Shown: positions 52,301-64,000 of the stretch, in pieces | Numbering within the stretch: the first letter of the stretch is position 1 | Layout of the letters: the number at the start of each line of letters is the position of its first letter | DNA from: Tubiluchus corallicola | Lineage: Eukaryota; Animalia; Priapulida | Assembly (NCBI GenBank): GCA_030141605.1 | Contig: JAQGDQ010000096.1 | Coordinates: 434,001 to 498,000 of the forward strand | Length of the DNA stretch: 64,000 nt | Direction of reading: 5' to 3' | Made by a program: the position numbers and the translations under genes | Notes under the pieces: model-generated | What the model saw: only the letters and a program-made list of their open reading frames with translations | Databases searched by the model: none | What the model was told of the DNA's origin: nothing

Positions 52301-53146
52301 ACTGTGTTTAAACCACTAATGCGCAATCGCTCTCGCGCAGTGACGATGTGGCCCTTAACATGTATTTTTAGTTTCTTCGCATAATTTATGATTATTAGGG
52401 TTGCAGCCACGGGAGTTTGTATCGTATCGCGGGTGGGCCTGGAACGGAACAGTTATTTATCATTAATTTTATTTATCACTGTAGTATTATTACTATTAGA
52501 TTATAAAAAAAAGTAAAGGTTTTTTCTTTATTTCGTAATTGCGGTCAAGATGAAAGTGTGTCACGTGCCTTTTAAGCTAGGCCCTGATAATGCATAAACT
52601 AGTACCAAATTCGTCACGTGACTACACACACAAACAAGATGGCGATACGAACTGTATAGCCTATACTATACGTGTAGAACTGTGAATACAACGTAATTAT
52701 TGGTAATTATACCTAAATATATGATTAAATTACCATGAGATTAGCGGAGACATTCACTGATGACGTGAGAATAATAGAATAATGACCTACGAGCCTAGAA
52801 ACGAGTAATAACCTAGAAAAAACTAGGCGGTGCGAAAGTGTAATACTAATACTAGCGCCAAAAAACAGTGTTTCAGGACTTAAACATAAAAAACACTTTT
52901 GAAACACAAAAGACCCTTTCATCCAATTTGGTTTATGTAGCAAATGAGGTTATATTCGAAAGTCTGTTCTTGACTCGAACCACCTTTGCAATAAATTAAA
53001 TTTTACATGAATAACTAGTGTGTTGAAGTCACGTTGATAAAGACAAGTTTAGTTTACCCTCCATTCCAAGAGTAAGGGCTAAACTGAACTTTTTTTGGAG
53101 CTGTTTGGTCAAAAGGGAGCATTTTGTAACCTTCAACTAAGCTCAT
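46400..53146 (-). CDS. PSMB1: Proteasome subunit beta type-1, 6 exons, 233 aa
   Basis: Exons 53058-53146, 51527-51634, 48449-48530, 47573-47702, 47058-47164, 46400-46585; [80 protein letters not shown]. Confidence 0.97.
49222..51487 (-). mobile_element. Decayed Kolobok-like DNA transposon with an N-terminal THAP domain, in PSMB1 intron 2
   Basis: TTAA flanks (49218-21, 51488-91); TIR GGCAGGTCTGAAGGCA vs AGCAACACTGAAGGCA (RR...YY termini). THAP remnants [32 protein letters not shown]; transposase remnants [38 protein letters not shown] and [11 protein letters not shown]. Confidence 0.75.
52105..52859. mobile_element. MITE with a 9-bp TSD (Mutator/MULE-like) in PSMB1 intron 1
   Basis: TIR ggcgcta..ttacactttcgcaccgcctagttttt; identical flanks AAAAAACAG at 52096-52104 and 52860-52868. 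Confidence 0.75.
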
Positions 53147-53947
53147 GCTGCTGCTATAATAAATTTCCGACTTCAACGTTGGATGCCAGTTAAAAAGCGG
53201 GATGACAAACGCAAAATCAAGATTCAATGCTAGTAACAGCAGAAATCTCTGAGTAGTTCATGTCAGCATTATCATTTCAAAATCGTTTGTTTGCTTGCAG
53301 ATTCTAACACAAATGTGCCATCTGTCCACAACCAAGCCCAAGAGTCCATGATAATAATAGGAATAATAATTTGTGTTGCACTATGAGCTGCAATTGTATA
53401 TTTTTTTATAAATATGCCAAATGGGCTCCATATGAATGCCATAGTATATTTCATAAAAGCATGAGGGAATTATGCTCCATAAATTCAAAATATTACTAAA
53501 CAGTTATAATGGTAATTATTATACTTAATTATTATAATTATATTTATTTCTTTTGAACAAAAGGCCTCCTTGCCATCCTAAAATCTTGAGTGATTTTTAG
53601 CAGACGTAGCACACTGTAGGAAAAATTTCAACTCTGTCCTATAATCATTTTTACGGCCAGTACTATGAAGAGTTGTTTTGTTCATAACATTATCTCTTTT
53701 AAAAGGAGAAGGAAAGGCTCTTTAAACTGATTTTCAGAAAAATCACCTTAAAAAGTTATATTGGTCTATAGCAATCTTAAGCGCATATTCTGCGCATGTT
53801 AAAAGAAATTCCTGTTTCCTTTAATTTTAAATGAATATTTTAATTGTAGCTATTTTTTGTTGATTAAATTTTTAATGATTCACTATTTTTCCTAACTCTC
53901 TTACCATAATTATTTCTCAACTCAGAAATAATGCACAGAGCAATTAC

Positions 53948-54305
53948 TAGGGGTGAGCATCGAAGGTTCGAGTTCGAACGTTCGAATTCGATTCGAACGA
54001 GTTTTTTTAGTTCGAACTCGATTCGAATCCAAAACTATAGATTCCTGTTCCTAAAACGATTGAAACAACATGCAATTATCGTAATTTAGCAGTGATTTCT
54101 GTGCACAATTTTAAACAAATTACTAGTCGTTTTATGGCAGAACAAACTCTAGTGATACACATGATCTTTGTAAGACTAATTTTTACAGGTGATTCGAAAA
54201 CTTGTTTGAAAATCGCTCAATCTCAATTCGAATTCGGTTCGAATTCGAAACACTGAAGTTCGGTTCGATTCGAATTCGCTTTCTGGTAGAGAATGCTCAC
54301 CCATA
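53948..54305. mobile_element. hAT-like MITE with TTCGAA-rich subterminal repeats
   Basis: TIR TAGGGGTGAGCAT...ATGCTCACCCATA; perfect 8-bp TSD GCAATTAC (53940-47, 54306-13). Confidence 0.85.
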
Positions 54306-54319
54306 GCAATTACACAGAG

Positions 54320-54400
54320 TGGATTACGTCAAATGCCTTATGAGAGACGGAAGTCGCCTTCTAGCTTACAGATTACGTAGTATGGCTTACTCCTGACGTC
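54320..54400 (+). promoter_or_regulatory. Putative housekeeping promoter elements between divergent PSMB1 and LSM2
   Basis: Cluster of TTACGTCA, ETS-like CGGAAGT, TTACGTA and TGACGTC; further GCGCAT motifs near 53780. Confidence 0.4.
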
Positions 54401-54920
54401 TTTTGTGTGTTTTTGCTATATTACTGCTATTAAATGTGTTTATTTTGTGTTGCAGTTGTTTTTGTTTTTGTTGCTTGTGTCGTGAGAACGTCTTTAAAAT
54501 TAAAATTTCAACTTGAGATTTTTTTAAGATAGTTCATATTGCTTAACCCTAAATGAATGACGGCGCCGCACTTTGATAGTTGCTGTTTGTAGTTTGGTCT
54601 TTTTAATGTTTGATTTTGATATTTACTGCTCAATTTCCTGATTCTGCTTTTGGTGTTATTTTATTTGATCCAACTGCTAATTAACTTTTACGAATTAATG
54701 ATAGTTACGTATTTGTGCTGTTCGTGAAACAAGAAAAATACTGAAAAAATCTCAGGTGTTGAACCAATATCCCTTACTCTTTAGTCTTTACTTTAGAATA
54801 TGTACTCAATCGGTTTACAAACTGGGCATTGGGAGTACGCTGTTCAGCTTCCATAATTGAATGCAAACTGTACTAGGGCATTTCTGCACACTTGTTAACA
54901 ACAGCCAAATTTGGTTTGAG

Positions 54921-55145
54921 GTGCTATTAGTATTTTACACTTTCGCACCTCCTACTCCTAGTCCTAGTTCTTTTCGAGCCTAGTGACTAGTGTCATTAGT
55001 GTATACGCTTGTAGGCGATAAAGCAGACAATACTATGGTAGTAGGCGTAACATACGACAGTTTTAGGCAACACTAAGTTTTTAGACGTTACAATTCCAGA
55101 TTGAAGTTATTCATTACTTATTGCAAACATGCAAGAAGCTCCAGG
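54921..55145 (+). mobile_element. Partial second copy of the 52105-52859 MITE family
   Basis: ttacactttcgcacc and tttttagac(c/g)ttacaattccagatt...gcaagaagctcca are shared with 52111-52293. Confidence 0.7.
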
Positions 55146-55331
55146 TGTGTAATGGCACTATGGCTTCAATTGTGCCAACACTTGATAAACTGATAAACTT
55201 CTCCAATTTAGTTTTGTTTTAAACTTATCATTATCGATTTTTTGAAGAAAAAAATTATTCAATTGGAAAACGGACCTGTAACAAACAAGAATTCAGCATA
55301 TAGAAATACAAGTGTTGGGAGTGGAATAGGA

Positions 55332-55943
55332 CAATTGGCGTACATGGGCTAGCCCAAGTAAGACGCTATAGACAGGTCGCAAATTGAGTCGTTAACCGTA
55401 TTGGCAGAGTCCGTTTTCCTTTTTTATTTAATAATAATAATTGAAAACGTCAGTACAGGTTGAATAATTGACTGCACATCTGAAAAAATAAAAAATCTTA
55501 TTCTGAGCTAGTAGGACAGCTAATATTAAATTTGGCTTCGATATTAGTCTTTTTGAAGTGAAATAATCCAGCTTTTTAGGCGATTCCAACATTTGGTTAA
55601 GGTGTATCAGTTTATTATTTTGTCTCACTTCACAGACTTTCACTACCACTTGGACACGTAATTGTTTTCTGCTAACTAAATGGTCTAGCAAGCTGTGTGC
55701 TGTACATAGTTTCTCTCTTTAAGGCATCACTTAGTTTAATGTTATGATGATATTAATGGAGCTAATAATAATGATGATATTATTGTAAAAATGCATTTGT
55801 AAATTATCAAGGACTATCCCATCATTATTATAAAATTACTTTCTTTCTAGAACAAATTTAGTTTTATGTTTTATTATATCATTTTTCTGGATTCTCGACA
55901 GAACTCGCCAGTGCCCTACTTGGGCTGCCCATGTACGACACTG
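55332..55943. mobile_element. MITE-like element (hAT-type termini)
   Basis: Left cgtacatgggctagcccaagta; right rev-comp cgtacatgggcagcccaagta. TSD not resolved. Confidence 0.65.
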
Positions 55944-56649
55944 CTTTTCCACAAATTTGGCACATGCACTTATACAATGTAGTGAGGACAGAGTGAACGT
56001 AGTTAGAAAGTATCAACAATAACAAGTTATTATCTATCTACGAGGCAGCATGTCCTGCAGTAGATTTAAGTAATAGTAGCAATTTTATGACAAATCCCTA
56101 AAGGGTTTCTTCCAAATTTATTGTCTTTTGTAGATATACCCTATTACAGTTTCACTGTGTGTTCTATAAGATCATATTTAATCAAGCAAGTTTACACCTA
56201 CCAATCAGGGGAGCATGTTCTCTTACAACCTTATAATTTTTTGTAGTTATTTTGTACAACCTTAATTATCACACGAAACAACTGATTAAGCATGTGCGTT
56301 GGCAGCATTTAGTTGCCAGATCTCAGATTATGTTTACTGTACTCTTACATTCTTATTAAATAAAGTAAGTGACTATCTGTGTTAATCACTAATGAGCTAC
56401 GTTCTGGTCGTGTCAACAAGCATTCAGCATTAGTAGCAAAGCTTTTTGTTGAGTGCTGAACAGTGTGAAAAATTATCGTGTATAATTGTATGGGCCTAAT
56501 TAATTAGATCGTTAATTAATTTTTAATTTTTCTTAATTTGCAGGTGGCCGAACATCATATAGTACGGTCAGTGAACAAGTCAGCAAAGTTCTAGTATTGG
56601 GTGCATTTGTACTTTTGAAGTAAACTAGAAAAGGTTTTGCACAAGCAAC

Positions 56650-57856
56650 ATGGTAAGTGTGAACCTTTGATTATCATCCACATGACTATTAGTAGTCAGA
56701 TGAAAAAGCAATACAAGCAGTCATTGGCTTATAACTTATGCAACTTGACTATTGACTTTATGACCCAACTGTAATGTAATAAATTGATTATACAAAGCTA
56801 ACTGTAACCCATATTTCCAGCTATTTTTTGAATACATGATTCTGACTTTCGTCCAATTGTCTCTTGCAACCACTATGCAGGAATCGATTGTGGCCATAAG
56901 TCAACGATTACCTGTAATACCTTAGTGGTTGCTATGTTGTCTGTTTTTGTTATGCTGAACTTTTTGAACTGCTTAGTTGACTTTTAAATCTTTAGCTAGA
57001 GAATGAATTACTTACCAGCAAAACATTTGAAAACCTGTACTATAAGACTTCATAGAATTAGTGTTATTAGATGTAGAGGTACAGATATGTGTAACCTAAA
57101 ACAGACGTTTGCTGGCCTATAGAAATTTATATGTTTGTTGTTTTTTTAGTTATTTTACTCATTCTTCAAGTCTCTCGTGGGCAAAGATGTCGTAGTTGAA
57201 CTAAAAAATGATCTCAGGTAAGTGATATAATTAGTTCTTTTTCTCGGGTACTGTATCAGGGTATTAAAGTGGCACATATTGTGCGCACTAAGTGCCATTA
57301 AATTTTTTCTCTTATTAATTAACAATCATAGCTTTAAAGTTCAAGAAAAGGGATTTTTAATGTCGGTTACAGAAGAGGCGTTCTTAAAAAATTATATTGA
57401 TTGCTCGGTGATGTCTTGTTAAAAAGTCTGTACCGAGTGTGGATTTGAACCCTTCACCTTTTATGTTATAGTTCCCATGCCTTCACTACCAGACCAAAGA
57501 GCTCCTTATAATCAAGGCAGACCTTTATTGAGTAAACCTTTTGATCAATGGCTCAGCAATAATGTTGCACCATTGACATACAGCTTTTAAAAATTATTTA
57601 AAATTTGAAAATTTTGTTTACACAAGCGCTTCTTTAGTATTCATGCATAGACCTCAAAAAAGTAGCATTTCTTGCAATTGACATGGTTTACTCAATGGTC
57701 GAGACTCATATATACCCTTTTTGCTATTGTTACGTTAATTTCAACAGCATAATTAAGCATTAGTTAAGTTACTAATGAACTGAGGCCATTATCAGTGCCA
57801 AAAGCAAAGCAGATAATAAATTATTTTTTTCAGAATGACAGACTAGGTCATGATCC

Positions 57857-57950
<94 letters not shown>

Positions 57951-60612
57951 CATAATTTTTATTTCCAAAATATTGTATACATACAAGTTCTACCAGATCT
58001 GCATTTTAACAATGATAACAACAACACCGAAAAGAAACAATAATATGCAAAGTTTGGATAGTTTTAAGTGGATCAATTCTTGCTGATGATGACCAACTTT
58101 TACAGGTAGTCCGAGGAAATATAAACTTATTATCTTCTGTCTTGAAGTCCTGAATAATATACTTCTAAAACTCTTTGACGACATACTAGAAGTTTAGGGT
58201 GCACATGGTTATTATACATGCTGAGAAAAGCAACTTGCTAACTGGTGATGGTTTTAGCGGTTATGAGAAGTGGTGAACCAAGCAAAACAAACACGGTGGG
58301 TGCGGGCTAAAAACACAGTTAAATTTACAGACAGGTTAGGTGGGATGGCACCCTCTTAGTAGAAACAGCAGAGGGTGCTAGTACTCAGAAGTGATTTCTC
58401 TGATATCCGGTGGAAGTTTGTTCCACAAGCGTATTGCTCTGGGGTAGAAGGAGTATAAATAAATATTGACTCTTGCTGATGGCTGAACAAATTTGTTATC
58501 TTTGAGAGACGGGGTGATGTAAGTTGGTAAATTTATACCTATCATGAAAGATGTTTAGTATCGTTTGTTGGCGTCTAATTTCTAGAGTTTCCCACCCGAG
58601 TTCAAAGATTATCTTAGATACTTCAACATTTCTGTATAATTAATCATTGACTGACGCATTGATTATAACAACTAAAATTAATTAATATGTTTATTTTTAT
58701 TATAGTATCTGTGGAACATTGCATTCTGTTGACCAGTACCTAAATATAAAGCTGACGGATATCAGCGTCATAGACCCAGAGAAGTATCCTCACATGGTAA
58801 ACTCTTGGTTAAGTTTTGTGCACTAAACACATAAAGTATACAATAATCAAATATCCCGCAATAGAAACAAAATTAACTGAGAACAACCACTTAAGCTATT
58901 TATTCTAGTGCAGTCATCTACAGATCATGTAGTACATTGCCAATTGCCAGAAAAGATAGAGTTATGTTACTGTCTGTTGTTTGCCAGTCTGCTACACAGT
59001 AGTGCTATTTCAAGTAATAGATTTTATCAAAAGTCAGTTGGCAGTGACATTTGACTAAGTGCTTGATCGTAAACTAACATGAACTACAATTGGCTAGCAT
59101 AATAAGTGTAACATTTTGCACAGTTTCCCACTCGTTTTTGCTGTTTCATTGTAGTGTTGATAGCAGTAAGTGTTGTTAGTAAATATTTTGATGAATATGC
59201 ATAACTTATTCAAATAGAACAGTTACTTAGCAAAGAAAATTTATCAATGCTGAAGCAGAGCAGCTTACAGCAATGTTCAGTATGGGATATCTGTGGCAAC
59301 GCTTGCCGCTTTGTGACATTCTTACTTTTCCGCGTTGAGGCACAGGAGAAAAAGAACAGGCAGTTAATGTTCTAACTTCTAATATAGTGCTTTACACTGG
59401 CACAAGATATTATGATCAATCATTGGTCGATCATTGATCGACTACTGAAGGTCAATGATCGATCATAGAAATGAGACCAATTCCCAACACTACTACATGG
59501 TCTGTGCGGTCTGCAAGTTTACTATTTAGAAATGGTTTTGGATGCTTTTTACAATGTGGGTTTTTGGACCTCAGTTTTAATTTTTATAGTTTATATTTTT
59601 ATTTAGTAAAATTGTGTGATCTGACCATATGTGTTATGATTGACCAATGGTGCTGATGATTATGTTGGATAAATGGCCATGTATTTGCTGCGTACTGGTA
59701 GTTATTTGCATTTTAAAAATTCCAATAATTCCAAACAGAACAATATTTCAAGCCACTGAGGATTGCCCTCTCTTGGTAGGATATTGTGAACAAAAAACAA
59801 AATGCCCCAGAATAACAGCACTCATTTTTAGGATTTATCAATGATAATTCATTAACTAATTAAGTCAATAAAGTACAATATCCACAACACAGAAGAAAAT
59901 GGGTGCAAAATCAGCTGAACAGATGGAAAGCATAACTATAAAATATTTCTAGTAACATAATAACACAGTGGTGGGAGCTTTAGAATGGCAATTGAATCTG
60001 AAACATTGTGTCTTTCATTTCTCAGTAGGATTCCTAAAGTAGCATTTTTTCACTAATTGCAACAGTTCTTGATATTAAGAATTTTCGCTGGTGCTACTGT
60101 AGGTTACGTTCAATTTTATAGTTGAGAAGAGACAATTCTATTGTATGGTGCATATGGTGAAAAATACTTTTAATTTCTTCATATAAATTTGATGTTTAAG
60201 ACTGGCAACATTTAAAAATATAAAATCGTTATGTGATAATCAAAGCCAACATATGACTTTTCAAGTACATCAGTAAATATCATCAGATGATCACCAATCC
60301 GTTTCCTGACTGCTTTGCTTAACTTCAGTTACTGAAGCACATGCCGGAGCAATTCGGCCATTCCCCTCATCTCGTTGGTTTGTACTGTTTTATGGCTTTT
60401 CCAGTCAGGAGGAGCAGTCACTGCTTAGTTTCACCCAAGTTGCTGTGTCCTGGCTTTAACATCAGATATGTCTTTTCCCTTTCTAGTTATCAGTGAAAAA
60501 CTGTTTTATCCGTGGTTCTGTTGTGAGGTATGTGCAACTGCCAGCAGACGAATGTGACACGCAACTGCTGCAAGACGCAGCCAGGAAAGAAGCAGCTCAG
60601 AGCAAACAGTAG
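56650..60612 (+). CDS. LSM2: U6 snRNA-associated Sm-like protein LSm2, 95 aa
   Basis: Exons 56650-56652 (ATG), 57150-57217, 58706-58796, 60487-60612: MLFYSFFKSLVGKDVVVELKNDLSICGTLHSVDQYLNIKLTDISVIDPEKYPHMLSVKNCFIRGSVVRYVQLPADECDTQLLQDAARKEAAQSKQ*. Confidence 0.97.
57859..57952. repeat. (TA)n microsatellite
   Basis: Directly visible; explains the YIYIYI pseudo-ORFs. Confidence 0.95.
58390..58640 (-). mobile_element. CR1/L2-group LINE 3' fragment in LSM2 intron
   Basis: Minus-strand peptides FELGWETLEIRR and YSFYPRAIRLWNKLP. Confidence 0.65.
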
Positions 60613-63171
60613 TGATAGGAAACTCATGTAACATGTAGAGCTGCGAAAAACACCGTTCATGTACAAAGTTTCTTCCAGTAAAATATTTAAATGGCTGACA
60701 ACATAGAGGTGAGAAATGTGTAATCATAAGCCGAGGAGACGTGCTGAGATATCAGTGAAGACAAGTTCTATTGACATTTGATTTTTTTTATTTCACTTAC
60801 ACCGAGCGGCAGGTTACAAGAAGACTGTATATTTAGTGGGGATAAGCAAACTCTGTGTAAGTAACTTGTCAATTGTGTGTTTCGGTTTAGTAAGCTGAAG
60901 GCTTAGATTGTAAATAACAGTAACATTGTGTTTCTTATGGTCCATCATCGTTTCTAAAAAATATTTACTCCTGTAAATACTAATTCTATTAGTTATTGTT
61001 ATTAATGACTTACAAACCATGATTACAAAAATTAGGATAAATTCACAACACAGTACTTTTTTTTGAAAATAGACTTTGTTTTCATTTTCGAATGTGTGAA
61101 GTTGTAAAGGTCTATGAAAGGAAGTATTTATTCATCAAAACAGAAATTACACCATTTCTTATAGTCGCTGGAACGAGGCAAGAAATAGCACCCAAAATTG
61201 TGCAAGAAATTATTAAATGAAATGTACAGACTGTACCAAACTCATAAATGGAAGTCCACTTAGTAAATGAATATGGTAATTAGACTTTTTAATGTATTTC
61301 TGTTAGGAAAACAAAGTAAAATATTTGGAGACAATTAGCTTTTGTTGTTTTGCATATTTCTTGTTTTTGGACCAATTATTTCTATCAAATGAGATGAGAA
61401 ATGCCAGTTTCTCATAAACAGATCCTTACCTGGTTGTGTCTATAATGAAGAAAGCTTTGTAAAACATATTTTTCTTGGTAAAACTGTCATGTTTATGTTT
61501 TCCTGAGAACTGAAATCTTATGTGTATCAAATCTTTTGAAAAGTGCTACAACTGATTATGTTTATAGTCAATGCATGTCAATGCAAATAAAATGCATGCC
61601 AATGCAAATAAAATTGATTTAGTAAGATTTATTTTTAAGGTATAGTGTGTAAATTCGTAACTTCGCAATAAAAGTCAAATATAAGGTAATGTGGATAAAA
61701 TGAAAAGTAGTGCACTTATTCTGAAAACATTCTATGGTATTTGAAAGCTGCAATTTTACTGAAATGATGTTAAAGTGTTTTACACAAATTAGAAATAGTA
61801 AAATATTTACACTTTTAGTTAGTTGTGTAACTGAAATAACAGAATTCCTAAAATTTAATAGTTTGAATCAACCTAGAATAAAAATCAACATTAGTGTCTG
61901 ATGAAGTACCTCGTAGCTGACGTCGAGTCACAAGTGACTTTACCGTTGCTCAATGGCTGGTTTCTTGTACAGATCTCATTATTGATGATCGGCATCATTT
62001 GATAATTGGCATTATCAAGATGCAGCATATAAAATTTATTAATTTGTTATTGTTCATGTAATGTGCATGATGAGCATATAGGCATGCAAGGCAGGGGTGG
62101 GGTGGTATCGTCTCAAGTTAAATGAATTGCACATTTTCAAGGCAGAAGTTGAACTATTTCCAGGACAAATAATTCTTTTCTAAAATACCAAACTTCAACA
62201 ATCACGTGTTGCACCTTCTTTTTTAATGGCTGCTGTTAAAACATTTGTAGTACGGCACAACACTTTTTAAATTAATAATGGTACCTGCTATCAAATATGG
62301 TGCTCATCTATGTATAGACAAGGTCATACAGACAGTCATGTTTGCAAAAGGGTAATAGACCATCATGATGTTTTCGAATTTGTTAAACACTTGAAAAAGT
62401 AAATCTGAAAGTATCTGCATGTTTGCTTAGTGTGAAAACATAAGCCTTCAATCCGTATCTTGTTAAAATCATGATTTTCTTAGTAAAACCGAATCACGTA
62501 ATTTCGCTGCATTATATACACAAGCTCATTTTTAGACATTTTTGTTATTTATGCCTTATATAGGCTAATTATGTAAACCCTTGTGCTTATAATAGGAAAT
62601 CACTTAGATTAAGCTGCCACAACTTAGAAAATTTTCAGGTCAAATTCTTTCAGCCATCCCTATGAAATGTACTACTGATTACCTACGAATAAGGAGATAA
62701 AAATCAGAAAAAATAAAAGGATAATCAAAGGGCATCTATGGCAATGTAAACAACACTAGTAAACATGCAGCTAAAGTAATTCTGTTAGTTAGTGCAAGAA
62801 CTTGAGTTTATAAATATCATAGTTACATACCTATTTAAACTTATTGTTGCCACACATTTTTTTCTCTGCCTTACTTGTGCCGTATTTACAAATAAAATTT
62901 AATATTGATGGCTGATATTCATTCCACCAGTGATTCACTATCAAGTAAATCTGTTCAAAAAAATGGATTTATTGTCATTCACTGTATCGTACATTTGTAG
63001 AATAGGCATTACATCTAGCCAACCTGAAGACAAATAAATGTAGCAGGTTCAACAGATTCTAGACATTACTTCGATCAATGGCCTTTCAATGCCACTTCTG
63101 TGTTTCATTGCTTTCATCTCAAACCTTCCGAAGAACAAGTCAGTCAGTTTAAAAAGTTTTGCCTTGCCCAT

Positions 63172-64000
63172 CTATATTACTGGGCACTCCTGTGGAAGTA
63201 CAATTTCCAGTTCTCCGGTATCACAGCTCAGTCTCTGTACCTTCTCTCCTTTTTCTGCCAGAATTTCTTCTATGTTCCTGAAATTCAACATGCCAGTGTT
63301 CAAATTAATCGGAGTTGTTAATGATATGTACGAATTATTTGCCTAATAAGTGCTAATGATATACTGCACCTTACAATTTTCTTTTTTTAACTGATGCTGT
63401 GTAAAATTCTGGAACTCAGCAATGTATTACACACAATCTAATGACTTTACTGAGGTAAGAGATTTTAAGGTAGATCTGAGATGAGTGTAAAAAACCTCAA
63501 CTCTCCAGCTTCTGCTTGGATTTCGAGCATTTTTAAATTGCATGATATGTTTTGTTTGCAATATCCGTACAAAATATTATCCTAAATTTGTACTCTGTAC
63601 TCATCAAGGTTTTAAATTTGCCTTGTGCATTTCTGGTAGAGTACTCATCCACAGCCCCTCGATCTGGTAGAGCACTCACCCACAGCCCCTCGATCTGGTA
63701 GAGCACTCACCCACAGCCCCTCGATCTGGTAGAGCACTCACCCACAGCCCCTCGATCTGGTAGAGCTCTGGGATCAAAATTAAGTTTGAATAAATGTATA
63801 GCAATTTCATCTCACCTCTTACCCTCCAAGTCAGTGAACCAGTTCAGGTTGTCGGCAATGAGATGATTGTTCTGGCATCCTTCGCATCGGACGATGACCA
63901 CACCCGTTGTATACGCTATTTTCGATATCGTCTTCTGCATCCTTGTATTGCAGACTTTGCACGTGAACTCTAGCAACAGCCGCTGCTGTTCGGGAGGAAT
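63172..64000 (-). CDS. DNLZ: DNL-type zinc finger protein (mtHsp70 escort HEP1/Zim17), 3' part
   Basis: Exons 63816->64000 and 63172-63277: [66 protein letters not shown]...PVI*. Confidence 0.95.
63632..63768. repeat. 31-bp minisatellite (~4.4 copies) in the DNLZ intron
   Basis: Unit tctggtagagcactcacccacagcccctcga, near-identical copies. Confidence 0.92.

Noticed and set aside
61897-61935. Third hammerhead (CTGATGAAGTAC...)
   Set aside because: GAAA core is missing and stem II is incomplete; too degenerate to call.
63632-63768. CRISPR-like array
   Set aside because: Head-to-tail repeats without unique spacers, inside a eukaryotic intron.

Overview
AT-rich, intron-rich eukaryotic DNA, most likely an invertebrate animal; the taxon cannot be fixed from sequence alone. 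Hand-splicing recovers six conserved multi-exon genes: MEI1-like (minus, runs off the left edge), ABHD16A (16 exons, one GC-AG intron), EDF1/MBF1, PSMB1, LSM2 and DNLZ (runs off the right edge). ABHD16A/EDF1 and PSMB1/LSM2 are head-to-head pairs. Between MEI1 and ABHD16A lie two ORFs with no coding introns. One is a 686-aa SMARCC (BAF155/170) paralog that lacks the N-terminal domains and has a diverged SWIRM domain, resembling a retained retrogene. The other is a 341-aa acidic coiled-coil orphan. Introns and spacers hold a decayed THAP-bearing Kolobok-like transposon, several MITEs with identifiable TIRs/TSDs, LINE fragments, tRNA-derived SINE-like heads and palindromic elements with degenerate hammerhead-ribozyme cores. 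Gene identities come from recalled protein motifs, not database searches.
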